This document shows positions 25,206 to 37,250 of a stretch of DNA of 64,000 bases, piece after piece. The notes beneath the pieces were generated by a model. That model was not told where the DNA came from. It did no database searches and saw only the letters and a list, made by a program, of their open reading frames with translations. The translations under genes and the position numbers were made by a program. The stretch's first letter is position 1; the number at the start of each line of letters is the position of its first letter. Source of the DNA: Camelus dromedarius (taxonomy: Eukaryota); contig NC_087437.1 of the NCBI RefSeq assembly GCF_036321535.1, forward strand, positions 107,882,001 to 107,946,000, read 5' to 3'.

Positions 25206-25899
25206 TCACATAAATTGAAGAAGAACGTCCAGCAAGAAAAGATATACTACTTGCAGACATCTTAAAGGGTTCAAGATGTCAACAAAAAGAAATATTATAA
25301 CGGCACCGGAAGCAAAGATGTTGATGGTCAGAAGTTTGTTTTCAGAATTGTTTCCAGAGCAAGAAGTGGTAAAAACATACGCGGGGAAAGAATGTAAGAT
25401 GATTCAGATCTCATTCAAAGACTAGAAGAACAAATAACTGTCAGTGGACTTACAAACTCAAACAACAAGTTCAAGTTATTGACAAAGGAAGTATGTGTAT
25501 TATGACATGAGTTCTGTTTTCAGCAAGGTAAGTGGTGCTCTGCTGAGCAATGGCTCTAAGTGGTACTAGCTACTGCACATGAAATACAGGAGGAAAAAAT
25601 GCTCTACAAGTGATCCACAAGACAGACTATGATATGTTGAGACAGAGAAAGCAAATATATCCCCATCTTTAAAACTTTCTATAATAATCGTGTTGCAAAC
25701 ATTGACAAGTGATTATCAGTCCATGTTGCTGGACTACCACTCAGGCACTGTAATTAGGTGACTGTAGGATTATTTAAAAGAATTAATCATACATCAACGT
25801 TTTTCATGAAAAAAATAATACAGCCCCTTGGGAAAAATACACAATATTAAATGTACTGACCATAAAAAGGAAATTCACTCTTTTGTCAATCTAGTGCAA

Positions 25900-27400
25900 A
25901 TCCCAAAACTTTCTCATTTTTTTGTCTATCTTTTCAGAAAGTTACACTTTTATTATTCTGAAGCTTCTTATTCTTTCAACAATATGTCATTGGCATATTA
26001 GCAAATTGATCTTTTAGATACATTTCACTCTTTTTAACAGGAGCAGCATGTGGATGTCAGTTTCTTTCATTCATTTCTGTTTCTTTCATTCATTTCTGTT
26101 ATGGAGAACAGGGTGGGATCAGCGTTCCTTGCAAATACAGACTATGCTGCAGTGAACAGCCTTATTCCTACAACTTGACGAATTTGTGTGGGTACACTTG
26201 TGGGTATCTCAAATTAGCATTGGGAGCATTCAAAATTTAAAATTTTAATGTGATGAATAATGCAATTTTCCCTCCTCCTTCTCAAAATTTTACATCACTT
26301 GGTATAAAAAGGTTTTCTTCTCTCACACTCCTGATTCGGGAGACTAGCAGACATTTTCATCTTTGTCAGTTCTCAGAGATGCTATACAATAATATCGCAT
26401 GTTTTATGGATATTATAGTAAGTGATACATAAGTTTAAGTAATTTGTATATTTATTAGAAATCATGTTTATATGAACTCCCTAGTTGTATGTATTAACTC
26501 TTTGTAGGTAAAGAAAATCAGCTCTTTGCCTGGATATATGTTATAGATACTGGATTATCAGCTGTCAGTTCATTTGGGAGCAGTTGTTTATAGTATTATT
26601 ATTCCAAGTTGTTTGTTGTTATTTGTAGTAGTCATATTTATTAATGTTTCCCCTTACGGGTTTTTTTTAACTCACTACTTACGTTTCCCTAGCAATTTTA
26701 TGGCCTCATATTTTCCAAGTAAATATTTGATTTATTGAAATGTCCAATCACATGCCTCAATATCACTTACTTAATAATATGTTCCCTCTCCACTTATTTG
26801 AAATGCTACCTTTATCACATACTAAATTCCCACAGGTTTTTATTTCTGATCAGTGTTTTTTCTTTCATTGTCAGCTGGTTTACATCTACACTGGTGTTAA
26901 CACGTTTTAATCTGATAGCTTTATAGTATAGCTTATTGCCTACTTAGACTCCATTCTTCTTCTTTTTTTGAAAGTTCTTATTTACCTTGCATGTTCATGT
27001 TTCTTAAAAAATGTTAATATTATTTTCTCAAATTCCAAAAGGAAGCATCTGTAAGTAGTCTTTCTGCAATGGTGCTGAATTTACTGCATAATTTACAAAC
27101 TGCTATCTTTACTATAGTGAATCATCTACCTAAGAATGAATCTAAATAAGAATGAGGACTCTTTTTTGCTTTACTCGAGTTTTACCTTATCAGTTCACCA
27201 GGTTTAACAGGTATTTAAACTCTTTGGGTATTATTTTAAATAGGATTTTTTTCATTATATTATCTAGCCAATTATTATTTTTTAAAGAATAGCTATCTGT
27301 TTATATTAGATATTTCATCTCTTGTCCTATGTCCCTTGTTGTTCATATTTCTGGTTGATTAATTCTAGAAAAAATATATATTACATATTTTTTAAATAAC
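25900..27400 (-). mobile_element. Highly degenerate L1ME-like fragments
   Basis: tatgctgcagtgaacagcctt, ctctttgcctggatatatgtt, atgctacctttatcacatactaaattccc, gcaatggtgctgaattta. Confidence 0.6.
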
Positions 27401-27434
27401 AATAATTTGTTCTTTCAAATATTTTTCTAATTTA

Positions 27435-27655
27435 ATTTTTAAAATAATGGTACAATACACATAACATAACATTTACACTTAACCATTTTTAAGTGTACAA
27501 TTTGGTAATATTAAGTACATTCACATTGTTGTACAACTAATCTCCAGAATTATTTCCACCTTGCAAAACAAAACTCTATACCTATTAAACAAATCCCCAT
27601 TACCCACCATCCAGTCCCTGGGAACTACCTGTCTTTCAGACTATGGAATGACACT
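27435..27655 (-). mobile_element. L1MB 3' end
   Basis: tacacataacataacatttac...ccatttttaagtgtacaatt...ttaagtacattcacattgttgtacaac...aactctatacctattaaac. Confidence 0.88.
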
Positions 27656-27789
27656 TCACTTGTTTTTTTGTTTGTTTTTCCTGCTTTTTGGTGCATTGAG
27701 CATACATCAATTATGACATCAACTACAGCAGTTACAGAGGGAAATTTTTTTCTTTCTGCCGCCATTCATGAGAAGATATAAAATTATTA

Positions 27790-28377
27790 GCTGTAAATGT
27801 CAAAATTAATTTTAGCAGACAAGGAATTTATTAAGAGGATACTGAACAGCTCACAGAATGGCTGGAAAATTTAGTGGCAGACAGATTGAGAACACAGGTA
27901 GAGACCAGAGAGGTCAGGCAGAAGGGTGCCCCAGGACAAATTCATTGAGGACATCATGACTACCATGACCAAAACCCAGATACTGCAGATCATGTTGTTC
28001 CAACGTCTGATCCTGGCCCTGGTCACTGGTCTCTAACCACTGAACTCCATCATGGGCATCATGGCCATGGCAGTCTCCATAATATAGGAGTTGTTGCTTC
28101 CATGTCATCGTTGTTAGAGTAGAAATTCTATGTACCCCAGGTCCCTATTCTAAATCTGAGCCAGGTTTGTTTAATTGACCATGTTCAACTGCAAGAAGTG
28201 GGGATACATGTGTGCAGAAATGAGTGTCTCTTTTGTTTTGTTTTCTTGTTTGATTTTGTTTTGTATTTAACTTCTACAGTGAAAGTCAATCTTCAGTGTC
28301 CACTGCAGTAAGTGGGGAATACCCCAAATAGAAAGGTTTCAAATGCTAAAAAGATGTACAAATTCTGTCCAACTCAT
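27790..28377 (-). mobile_element. Old MaLR LTR (late MLT1 family)
   Basis: aaggaatttattaagaggatactgaacagctcacagaat...gtggggaataccccaaatagaaagg...tgtccaactca. Confidence 0.55.
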
Positions 28378-28699
28378 AATGCTTTTCTAGTCTTTTACAA
28401 GTGAACTTGGATAAGTGATAGACAACCTGTCTGAATTCAGTCCACATTTTCCTCTCTTGAAGATAATTACATTTGAATGTTAGAAAATTTGGAATTTTCC
28501 TAGATTTATTGATTTGTTATTTGTACCCTTATTTTTTCTTTTCTTTAGGTTGTTCTTGTGGATTTTAGAGAGGAGAATAAATTAAATATCCTTTTGTTGA
28601 ACTAATATTTATTAGACTTTCCTTGTTTGAAATTAGGAGAGAGAACATATATTATGCAAAGGCTTTTGATTGAATAAAACATTATTTTGTTTAAAAGCA

Positions 28700-28757
28700 T
28701 GTGATTAGTCAGTGCTCTCCAGAGAAACAGAACCAGTTGGGGGTATATATATATATC
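28700..28757 (-). mobile_element. MLT2 (ERVL LTR) terminal fragment
   Basis: tgattagtcagtgctctccagagaaacagaacca followed by (TA)n. Confidence 0.7.
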
Positions 28758-28794
28758 CCTAATATTAATAAAACATACTAATACAAATTCTTGT

Positions 28795-29272
28795 ATATAA
28801 CTTTGTTGTTGTTCTCAATACTTTACAGCAAACATCCACAAAATCCCAGTGGCATATGATAGTAGGTAAGTTTTTATTTCTCACACGTGGGCAGACCAGC
28901 TGGAGTTTCGGTGACCATGTCTGGGCTGGGCTAGGTGGTTCCGCTTTATCCTGAGGCAGTGAGCACCTCTGCCCGTCGCTGTAGGTTTCTGGGTCAGTTG
29001 GGTCTCACATCCTTCTTGGACCAGAAGAGTGCCTGGCAGACAGAGGTATAATAGAGCAAGCACAAGCACACAAAGCCTCTGAGCATATAGGCTCAGCACC
29101 GTGCGTTAATACTTCCACCCACACGCCATTGGCCAAAGCAAGTCACATAGCCAAGTCGAAAGCCATGAGAACAAAACAGATGAACAATCACATTCTGCCA
29201 CAACAAGGCTACTTTACGGGTGCAGAGGACGGGAGGAGAAAGGTGCTGGGTCCAGCCGCCCAATCTATGACG
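28795..29272 (-). mobile_element. MaLR LTR (MLT1H/I-like)
   Basis: aaaatcccagtggc...cacttccacccacacgccattggccaaagcaagtcacatagccaag. Confidence 0.8.
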
Positions 29273-29884
29273 CGAGGACAGCCTAGGAAAATAAGATGAC
29301 CATCTTCAGAGTCTATATACCTAGATTTAAATGCCAGCTTTGTTCATTACCATCAGCTGTAAGATGGAGATGGCATTTATTTAACTTGGTTCTTGTAAAA
29401 GTCATGAGGTAATAAGTAGGATGGATCTGGCGCATGTAGTAGCTCAGTAAAAAGCAGCTCAATGCCTGTTAACATACAATTTGGGGATATAACTACGTGC
29501 TGATAGCCAGCTGCCAATAATAATTTAGAAAACGATAAATCCTATTTAGCTAACTCCTCCAAACTATGTGTCTTTGCCACTTTACTATAATACTCTTTCA
29601 TAGCTCAGGTTTCTGAGAGATGAATTGTGTTGCTCAGTACATCCGTATTAGACCCTTTTAAAGGGAGGTTAATTTTCTTTTTTTTAAGTCATAATTAATA
29701 AACCCTCTAGCCTTTGTGTGAGTTATCATAAAGCAACAACACCACTATCACTTTTAGATTGGTGTCCCTCACTCTGAAGACCTTTAGAACTATAAATTAT
29801 CTGGGTGACACAAAAGGTTGGCCATTATTTCCCCTAATTCACACTTCAGCCTCGCTTCTGGCAAGGGGTACAATTAGATTGCAT

Positions 29885-30331
29885 TGTAATGAAGACTCTC
29901 TCTTTGACCAAACAAACCTGAGTCAGGCTCCTCTGGGCCCACTTGTCCACTAAGCTTTGACCTTAGCTTCCAACCTTTTTGGGCCTGCAGAGACTGTTTT
30001 AGCAAGAATCCTGCTAAATCTGCTTATAGAAAACTCTTAGTACCTGAGCATTTGCCATAGCTGGTCACCCTGCTCTGCCTTCAGCAAGGTCAGTTTAGCA
30101 AGAACTCCCTCTACCCTGGATGCCTCCTCTTAGTCATTTTCCATTCACTGACCCTTACTTTCACCCTCATCTGCTCTTTGGCTATAAATCCCCTCTTGCT
30201 CTTGCTGTATTCAAAATTCATCCCAGTTCTGCACTGAGGGTGCTTTCCTCTATTACAATATCCCTGAACATAATCTGTTTTTACCTCTTTAACTAATTTA
30301 ACTCCTATTCAGGCAATGGTTTTCTCTAATG
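29885..30331 (+). mobile_element. MER31-like ERV1 solo LTR
   Basis: aagactctctctttgaccaaac...agtcaggctcctctg...ttttagcaagaatcctgctaa...ggctataaatcccc (TATA). Confidence 0.8.
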
Positions 30332-31000
30332 GGTGGATACTTAATGTAGCAAGTGGTACCATCAGGAAAATAAAACAACTGGGATGACAGACCTGACAGG
30401 GGTCCCTTTTGATGCTTCAAAAAGAACTCAAGAACTATGAACTAGGATCCATAATGCAGACAATTTCAGAAGATTCTACAAACTTGAAACTACATTTGTA
30501 GATACTGCCAGTGGTTTATTGCCTATTTCCCAGTTGGGATTGATTATAAATGACCACTATTGAAACAACATGAGTTCTTAGGTATTCCTTTGGGATTGGC
30601 AAAGAGAGGAAACTGAAGACATAGGTTGTCACTCTACAGCCAGCCTTTAAGGGAGGAGGGCAGAGAGATAAGAATAGACGAAGGCAGGCATGGAGAAGAG
30701 GGAGGCGAGCCCTGGACCATGGAAAGGAAATCCCCTTCCTGCAGGGGATGGGGGGACTTGGCTTGGGGCTCAGAGGTAAGCTGAGGGTGTAAGCACATAC
30801 AGTTCTTGAAGAGATACTACTATTGCTATGTATATCAATATTCATACTTCTATTACAAGTTTTAGCCAATAATTTGGTTCCATATATATTAATTTTTCTG
30901 ATCCTTGTAACCTCATAAAGCAGTAATTATTTCCACCATTTATAGATTAAGTTACTGAGCCTAATTAGATGTACTAATTTGCTTTCTGCATCTGCAATAT

Positions 31001-31790
31001 TGTGATTTATAATAAAAAATATCTATTTGGTCATAGTCATGGTTCCTGGCACAAAGCTCCTAAAGTGTTTGGGATTTCCTATGATGAGAGTGTTAAAGCT
31101 GTCTTTTGTTACCTTACTGAGGTGACTGTTGAAACTAGCTAAGGATTGAGGCTGGCTGCCAGTGGAGCTAACCTTATATTAGAGGATTAGAACTCTCATT
31201 CCCATCCGCTGACCACTGGGGAAGGAAGAGGGGCTGGAGGTGGAATAAACTGCCAATGACCATTGATTTAATCAATCAATATTATGTAATGGAGCCTCCA
31301 TAAAACCCCAAAAGGATGGGCTCAGAGAGCTTGCAAGTTGGTGAACTAGAATGTTTCTGCATACCACCATGGCAGCCCCAGGATTCCATGAGGACAGAGG
31401 TTCCTTTGTTCAGGACTTCACCCTACAGTATCTCTTCATCAGGCTGTTGATTCTGTATCCTTTGATATCCTTTGTAATAAACTGGCCATATAAGTAAACT
31501 GGTTTCCTGGGTTCTGTAAGCTTCTGTAGCAAATTTCTTGAACCCAAGGAGGGGGTCATATAATCTTCTGATTTATAAACAGTTGATAAGAAGCACAGAT
31601 AAGAACCTGGACTTGCATCTAAAGTGGAGGCTGGTCTTGTAGGACTGGGCTCTTGCCTTGTAGATTATGATGCTGCCCCCAGGCAGATAGTGTCAGAATT
31701 GGGTTGAATTGTAAGATGCCCAGTTGGTGTTAGAGACTTGCTTGATGGTGTGGGGGAAATCCCCACATGTTGTAGTTGGAGTCAAAATCT
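31001..31790 (+). mobile_element. MER21-like LTR
   Basis: tgtgatttataataa...ggttcctggcacaaagctcctaaa...tgatttaatcaatca...gtaatggagcctccataaaacccc...gatagtgtcagaattgggttgaattg. Confidence 0.88.
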
Positions 31791-32212
31791 TGAGCATCGC
31801 TCTGGGCAAGTTGCTGAGCAATGTTGAGTATTTCCAGGGCCTCTCTCATGATCCCTTGAACCCTCTTTTTGAAGAAAGAAATACGAAGGTCACTATGATC
31901 CTGGATGGGTTGACCAAGAAAAAGTCAGGACAAACTAACCTTTCCCACCTTTTTAAGAGAGTCATTAAATTTATGAAACAGAGAATACTGTAGGCATTGT
32001 GTTTCTTAATTTCAAGATGAAATATATCTTAATTAGCCTAGAGCAGTTGATATTATCCTGTTTTGTCTAGGAGTGCTGTACTCCTGAATAGGGGCTAGGA
32101 GGGAGCAGTTCAGCTGGGTTCAAAGCCTTTTATCGAGCACCACCCAGGGGAGTACCTCTAATAACTGGAGTTTCTGAATAAGAGGAAAATGTGTTCTTAA
32201 ATCACCAGTCTA

Positions 32213-32711
32213 ACTCAGCAATAAAAAAGAATGAACTATTGATACACATAGCATCTTCAATAGATCTCAAAGTCAACCTCAAAAAGTTACCTACTGTGTG
32301 ATTTAATTTACACAACATTCTTGAAATGACAACCTTATAGAAATGAAGAATTGATTAGTGGTTTTCAGGAGTTAAAAAGGAAGTGGGGGTGGCAGGGAAG
32401 TAAATGCAACTACAAAAAGTAGCAAACAATGAAAATATCCTGTATCTTGACCTGAGGGTAATCACACAAATCTATACATGGGGTAAAAGGGCGTAGGACT
32501 AAACATAGGCATAAACACATACTTAAATAAATGCATGTAACTGGTGACACTTGAGTAAGTCAATGGATACCAATTTCTTGGTTGTAATACTGTCCTATAC
32601 TTAGTTGCCATTGTGTGAAACTGGATAATAGGTATAGAACCTCTCCTTACTAGTTCTTACAGCTGTATGTGAATCCACAATCATATCAAAACAAAAGGTT
32701 AAAAAAAAAAA
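32213..32711 (+). mobile_element. L1MC1-like 3' end with poly(A) and degenerate TSD
   Basis: actcagcaataaaaaagaatgaactattgatacac...ttcttacagctgtatgtgaatccacaat; flanks aaatcaccagtcta (32199-32212) / aaatcaccggcta (32712-32724). Confidence 0.85.
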
Positions 32712-32919
32712 AAATCACCGGCTAGAAGAAATAAATAGTTGATATACTTTAAGTTTCTGCTCTTGGTCCTTTCAGTGAACATTTATAGCTAAATTGATTG
32801 AATATTTAGGAACCAAACTCATCCAGGTTGGCATCCAAAGCTAACAGACTTAGCATTCAAGATCCACAGTTATTACACAGAATAGGAAAAAAGAATGTCT
32901 GAACATGTTAAGATCACTT

Positions 32920-33160
32920 GTGTTTATTGAAGTCTTCCTAGGGCCAGGCAGTAGTTCAGACAAGTGGGAACCATCTCAGTTGCTCTTTTCCAAAATCCTG
33001 TAAGGAAGTTACTAACATTATTCCCTTTGTACAGATTAGGAAACTGATTTCTTAGAAAGTTAAGTATTTTCCTCCAAAGTGAAAAATGCCAAGGGGCACA
33101 GTTAACCCTCATCCCAGGTTTAGATCTACCTGATTCCACAGGTTCTTTCCATTTAACTAT
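32920..33160 (-). mobile_element. MIR
   Basis: tttattga...gccaggca...ttattccctttgtacagattaggaaactga...gttaagta. Confidence 0.8.
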
Positions 33161-33644
33161 TTTGCTTTTATTTAAAAAAAAAGATAATTCCACAAAGATA
33201 CGATAAAAGAGAACTGGTTTAAAATGAATTTCACAGACACACACATACACATGCATTTACTAACTAGAAATGTTGGTCATTCAAAAATTTGGATACAAGC
33301 TAAATATACAAAAATAGTACTAGATGTTAAGAAGAGAAGTTGCAAATTTAAATCAGAATGGATACTTGTTTCTGTACATATTGTGTCTTAATAGAGATAC
33401 AGCTATTTTATACTCATCTGAAGTTTAAACCTAGGCATCATATTTAAGATAACATTCAAGTAATAGTTATAAAAGGAAGACTACACTGAGGATAATCTGC
33501 TTGAAGGCAGGTTCTCATTCCGTTTTTGAAACCCTAACCTCGAGCACAGTTACTGACTTACACGTGAAGTTCGATAAAAATTTTATTTGGAGAAATGGCA
33601 ATGCTTTGTGTAGACCAAGTTCGGAATCTTTTCTTTTTTTCCTC

Positions 33645-33841
33645 TCAAGGGGCATTAGTAAATATTTTAGATATTCTGGGCTGCACTGTCTCTGTTGCAC
33701 CTACTTGCCTTTGCCATGGTAACACAAAAGCAGCCAGAGCCAGTATGTAAACAAATGGGTGTGGCTGTGTTTCTATAAAACTTTATTTACAAAGTCGGCA
33801 GCCAGCCAGATCTGGCACTGGGCAGTAGCTTACCTATTCTA
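33645..33841 (+). mobile_element. MER58A hAT-Charlie MITE
   Basis: tagtaaatattttag...gtctctgttgca...aaagcagcca...gtaaacaaatgggtgtggctgtgttt...aaaactttatttacaaa. Confidence 0.88.
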
Positions 33842-34119
33842 CCGTAAACCAAAAAGACTAATTGAAAATGTAATTGTTTTTCTCTTAAAATGCTTTACTG
33901 CCGTTTTTCTGAATAGGATGGTTAACTGTTTCGCTCAGAAATAAGAAGACAACTAAATTAGTCAAAGTCACAGAAGGCTAGACATTTTTATCCTTTTGAC
34001 AAGCATGAAGGAAATTTCCAATAATCCATTAATGATATGAGTTGCCTCAAGACACGAAGACTTTCTCATCACTTGCTATACTCAAGCAATGCTGAATCAG
34101 TGCCCATTTACGCTCTAAT

Positions 34120-34276
34120 ATTGTACTTAGTTGAAGAACGTGCATATGAATCACCGATGGGACTTGCAGAGTCTGAGGACTGGGTCCTGATTTGGGCCTG
34201 AAATAATATATTTCTAACAAGCTCCCAGATGATGCCAGTGTTGCTGATTCTGGAATCACATTCTGAACACCAAGGA
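34120..34276. mobile_element. MER5-like hAT-Charlie MITE
   Basis: gcatatgaatcacc...gggcctgaaa...atttctaacaagctcccagatgatgcc...atcacattctga. Confidence 0.75.
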
Positions 34277-35099
34277 TCTGGTAATATAAAACACATTCTT
34301 AGCTTCTGAGATTTTTAAATAAATTTCCAAATTTGAAAATCTGTTTGCAAATTATAGATATAAATTGCTTGGAGTTAGGGCCAAAAAAAAAAAAAAATCC
34401 ACTTAAGATTTTTTTTTTTTTTAAATTTTAGGAAATTATTTATTTGATATTTTAACCTCCAAGTTTAATCTAATTAAAAATAACCTTTACTTCTTCAAGT
34501 ATTGCTAAAATATGTCCTCATTTAATATTTTAACATCGTAAAATGAAGTGAGTTTAGATGGGTTAGATATTTGTATGCATTTAGTTAATATTTTAAAAGA
34601 ACCACAGTATAGTTCCACTTTTATTAAGCATATCATACAGCCAGTTTTATAATCACACAGATAACAAAGATGTGTGAGTGCCAGATATAATCCAGTTTGA
34701 TGCATATTCATTTTGTATTTATATTAGTCCTGCATTTTCCAAATGTGGCAACAGTGACCCAGAAAAGTTGACAAAATCCTTAAGTAGCAGAACCAAGATT
34801 TATTTCAGAGCCTGACACTCCTGTAAATAATTTTCTCATTAAATTTATGGCAAATACTCATAATAAAATTGCCTCACCAGCAGATCAATCAAAGTTCTTT
34901 ATGTGGCCTAAAAATCTGTGGATTTAAATAAAATAACCTGGTGCATCTGTATGTACATCTCCAGGTATGTCAAGTCTAATATAAATGCAAGAAAACTGTC
35001 CTTTCCAGCTGCAATGGGAAACCTGTGATAAACTAGTTGTGAAGTCTCTGATTAAGAAGCACCAGAGGAAGAGAGGGAAGGGAAGAGGAAAGAGAGACG

Positions 35100-35430
35100 A
35101 AGGTTCTGGAGAGCAGAGAGCCTGCGCTCCGGGTTACCGAGCAAACAAACGGTGCGCAGACTCCGCCCCCTGGGCTCCCTGGCTGGTGCTGCGTGCTTGG
35201 TGAAGCCATTAAGCAGCAGCCCCTGGCAGCACGCTGCTCCCAGCCTCCAGGCCACCGTAAAACAGCAGCGCCTTTTTCCACCAGAAGAAAAGGCCAGTGT
35301 CTCTGGCGCAAGCACTTTACCACATGCTCATTTTGGTAGAGAAAGCAGGGCGGGGGGGGGGGGGGGGGAGGCAGAGTCAGAGATTTTCCCTTACTTTCCT
35401 CTAAAGCGAACACTTCCCCCACTTTGAATA
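35100..35430. promoter_or_regulatory. Small GC/CpG-rich candidate promoter or enhancer
   Basis: 11 CpGs in 35121-35310 against a CpG-poor background; GC box ctccgcccc at 35161; two TGCRCNC cores; G17 run at 35352-35368; no repeat recognised. Confidence 0.5.
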
Positions 35431-35925
35431 AGCCTTGAGAAATTACATGTTTGGAATGAGCTATTTCTTTATTTAAAAAATAAAAAATTGTATGGCCCCT
35501 CATGTTGTCTCGGTAGATGGTCGTGTTGGCCGAGTAGCACTGGGAATGTTTTTCATGAGAAATCATCTAGAAAATGTTAAAAGAAACCAACATGACTCGA
35601 GGGAGTGGCTGACTAGAGCAGTATATGTATAAAAAAACATAACTTATGATTATTTTCTTGACTCTGTACCTATGATTTTTTTTCTTAAAAGTTCGTCTGG
35701 GTGGATATTAGTTTATTCTGGAATTATGAGTTTACTACTAGTATTTGATCTGTTCCTTATTGTGGCCTGTAGTCAAAGTGAAGCATATTCCACAAGATAA
35801 AGGGTGGACAGTCTTCTTAAGGCCAAAAGAAGATGTCAGGAAACCATACCCAGAATACTCAGCTGCAATCTAGTTACCTTTGGAAAAAGACAGAACAAAA
35901 GGCTCTTGAATCAAGAATGATTCAG

Positions 35926-36035
35926 AGGGGGAGAGTAGAGTGCATGCTTAGCATGCACTAGGTTTTCAATCCTCAGTACCACCACTAAAAATCCTACTTA
36001 CCTCCCCCTTACCAAAAAAGAATTAAAAAGAAAAA
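35926..36035 (+). mobile_element. Camelid tRNA-Ala-derived SINE (Vic-1-like), internally deleted
   Basis: gtagagtgcatgcttagcatgcac...ttcaatcctcagtacc plus A-rich tail; perfect 13-bp TSD aagaatgattcag at 35913-35925 and 36036-36048. Confidence 0.9.
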
Positions 36036-37099
36036 AAGAATGATTCAGGGACAGAAATAAGTAGATGAAAATTTAATCCTCTCAAAACCCTAAATCCTGT
36101 TGTTCAAAATAGAATTAGCATTTAAGTCTTATGGCATACAATTTAGTTTTTCTTCGGTGATTCAACAGGCTTTCAAAACCATTTTTTACTCTCTTGAAGC
36201 TAGATTATCATTGTACAAACTGCAGAACAGTCTGGTTGGGGTGTTGAACATCTGGATGCATGAATGTCTACCTCTCAGTTTTGGGGCCAGACATTATGAA
36301 ATATTTTTCTCTTTTAACACATTTACAAACATCCCTGTATAATCTTCACTACAAATTTATCCACATGCCACTGGAGGCATTTCCAACAGATCAGGTAAGA
36401 TAGCTGGGCAAATAGCAGCTTTTATTGCTAGCGGTCTCTTGAGGAAGTGTCTCTCTGATCAGAACAAGGGTTCAGCATTGTAAGCAGAACTCATAAACCC
36501 CTTCTCAAGGCAGCCTCCTGCTGGTGGGGTAGCTAGTTCCAGGCGTATAATCACTTCTCTCTCCCTTGGCTAATGAAGCAGGTGTGTACAACAAAACAGC
36601 AGCTCCCCAAAACACCTGAGGACCTTGAAGACAGCACCATAGGCTTCTGCCTGTGCCTGGACAGATTTTAACCTCCAGCCATGTCATCAGGTGAATCTGA
36701 TTGGCTGTAGCTGGTTTTAGGGTACTGCAAGAAACTCCTTCTTGATCTTACATTATCAGCTTGAACCAAAAAGGATAGCTGATATTTGATCATTTTCGTC
36801 TTAAAAATGGCTGCTAAATATAGCTTATTAGCCTAATATTCCTATGTGTTTTAAACTTCGTAGAGCTGGCCTGAAATGCAATCAATTCAGGATTAATTTA
36901 ATAACTCTTGCTCCTTTTGATAAAACAAATACAAGCTTGTGCATAATTTTTCTCAATCAGGGTGAATTAACTTAATCCAAATTCCTCTTCCCTCCTACGA
37001 CTTGGGTTCCATTTACTGAGGGCATAGTGTCTTCCTTTGTTTTGCATTTATGGAGAATGTTGGAAACCTCTACAGTCAAGGCTGTAGACCACTGGGGAT

Positions 37100-37250
37100 G
37101 AACAGAGCCTCTAGTACCAGACTGCCTGGGAGGAAGCATTAGCTCCAGCATTTACTAACTGTCAGATCTTGAGCGAGCTCCCCAACTTCCCTGTGTCTCA
37201 GCTCCCTTCTCTGCAAAATGGGGTCATTTTGAGGGATTAAGTGAGTTACC
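37100..37250 (+). mobile_element. MIR
   Basis: ccagactgcctggg...ttactaactgt...ctgtgtctcagctcccttctctgcaaaatgggg. Confidence 0.78.

Noticed and set aside
25210..25500. Purine-rich, coding-looking stretch
   Set aside because: Stops in the frames I checked; better explained as decayed minus-strand L2
35033..35566. Longest ORF (177 aa, poly-Pro) and overlapping ORFs
   Set aside because: Poly-Pro is the G17 run read on the minus strand; local GC richness explains the open frames; no recognisable domain
35926..35985. tRNA-Ala gene
   Set aside because: D-arm/A-box deleted, with A-rich tail and TSD present: a SINE
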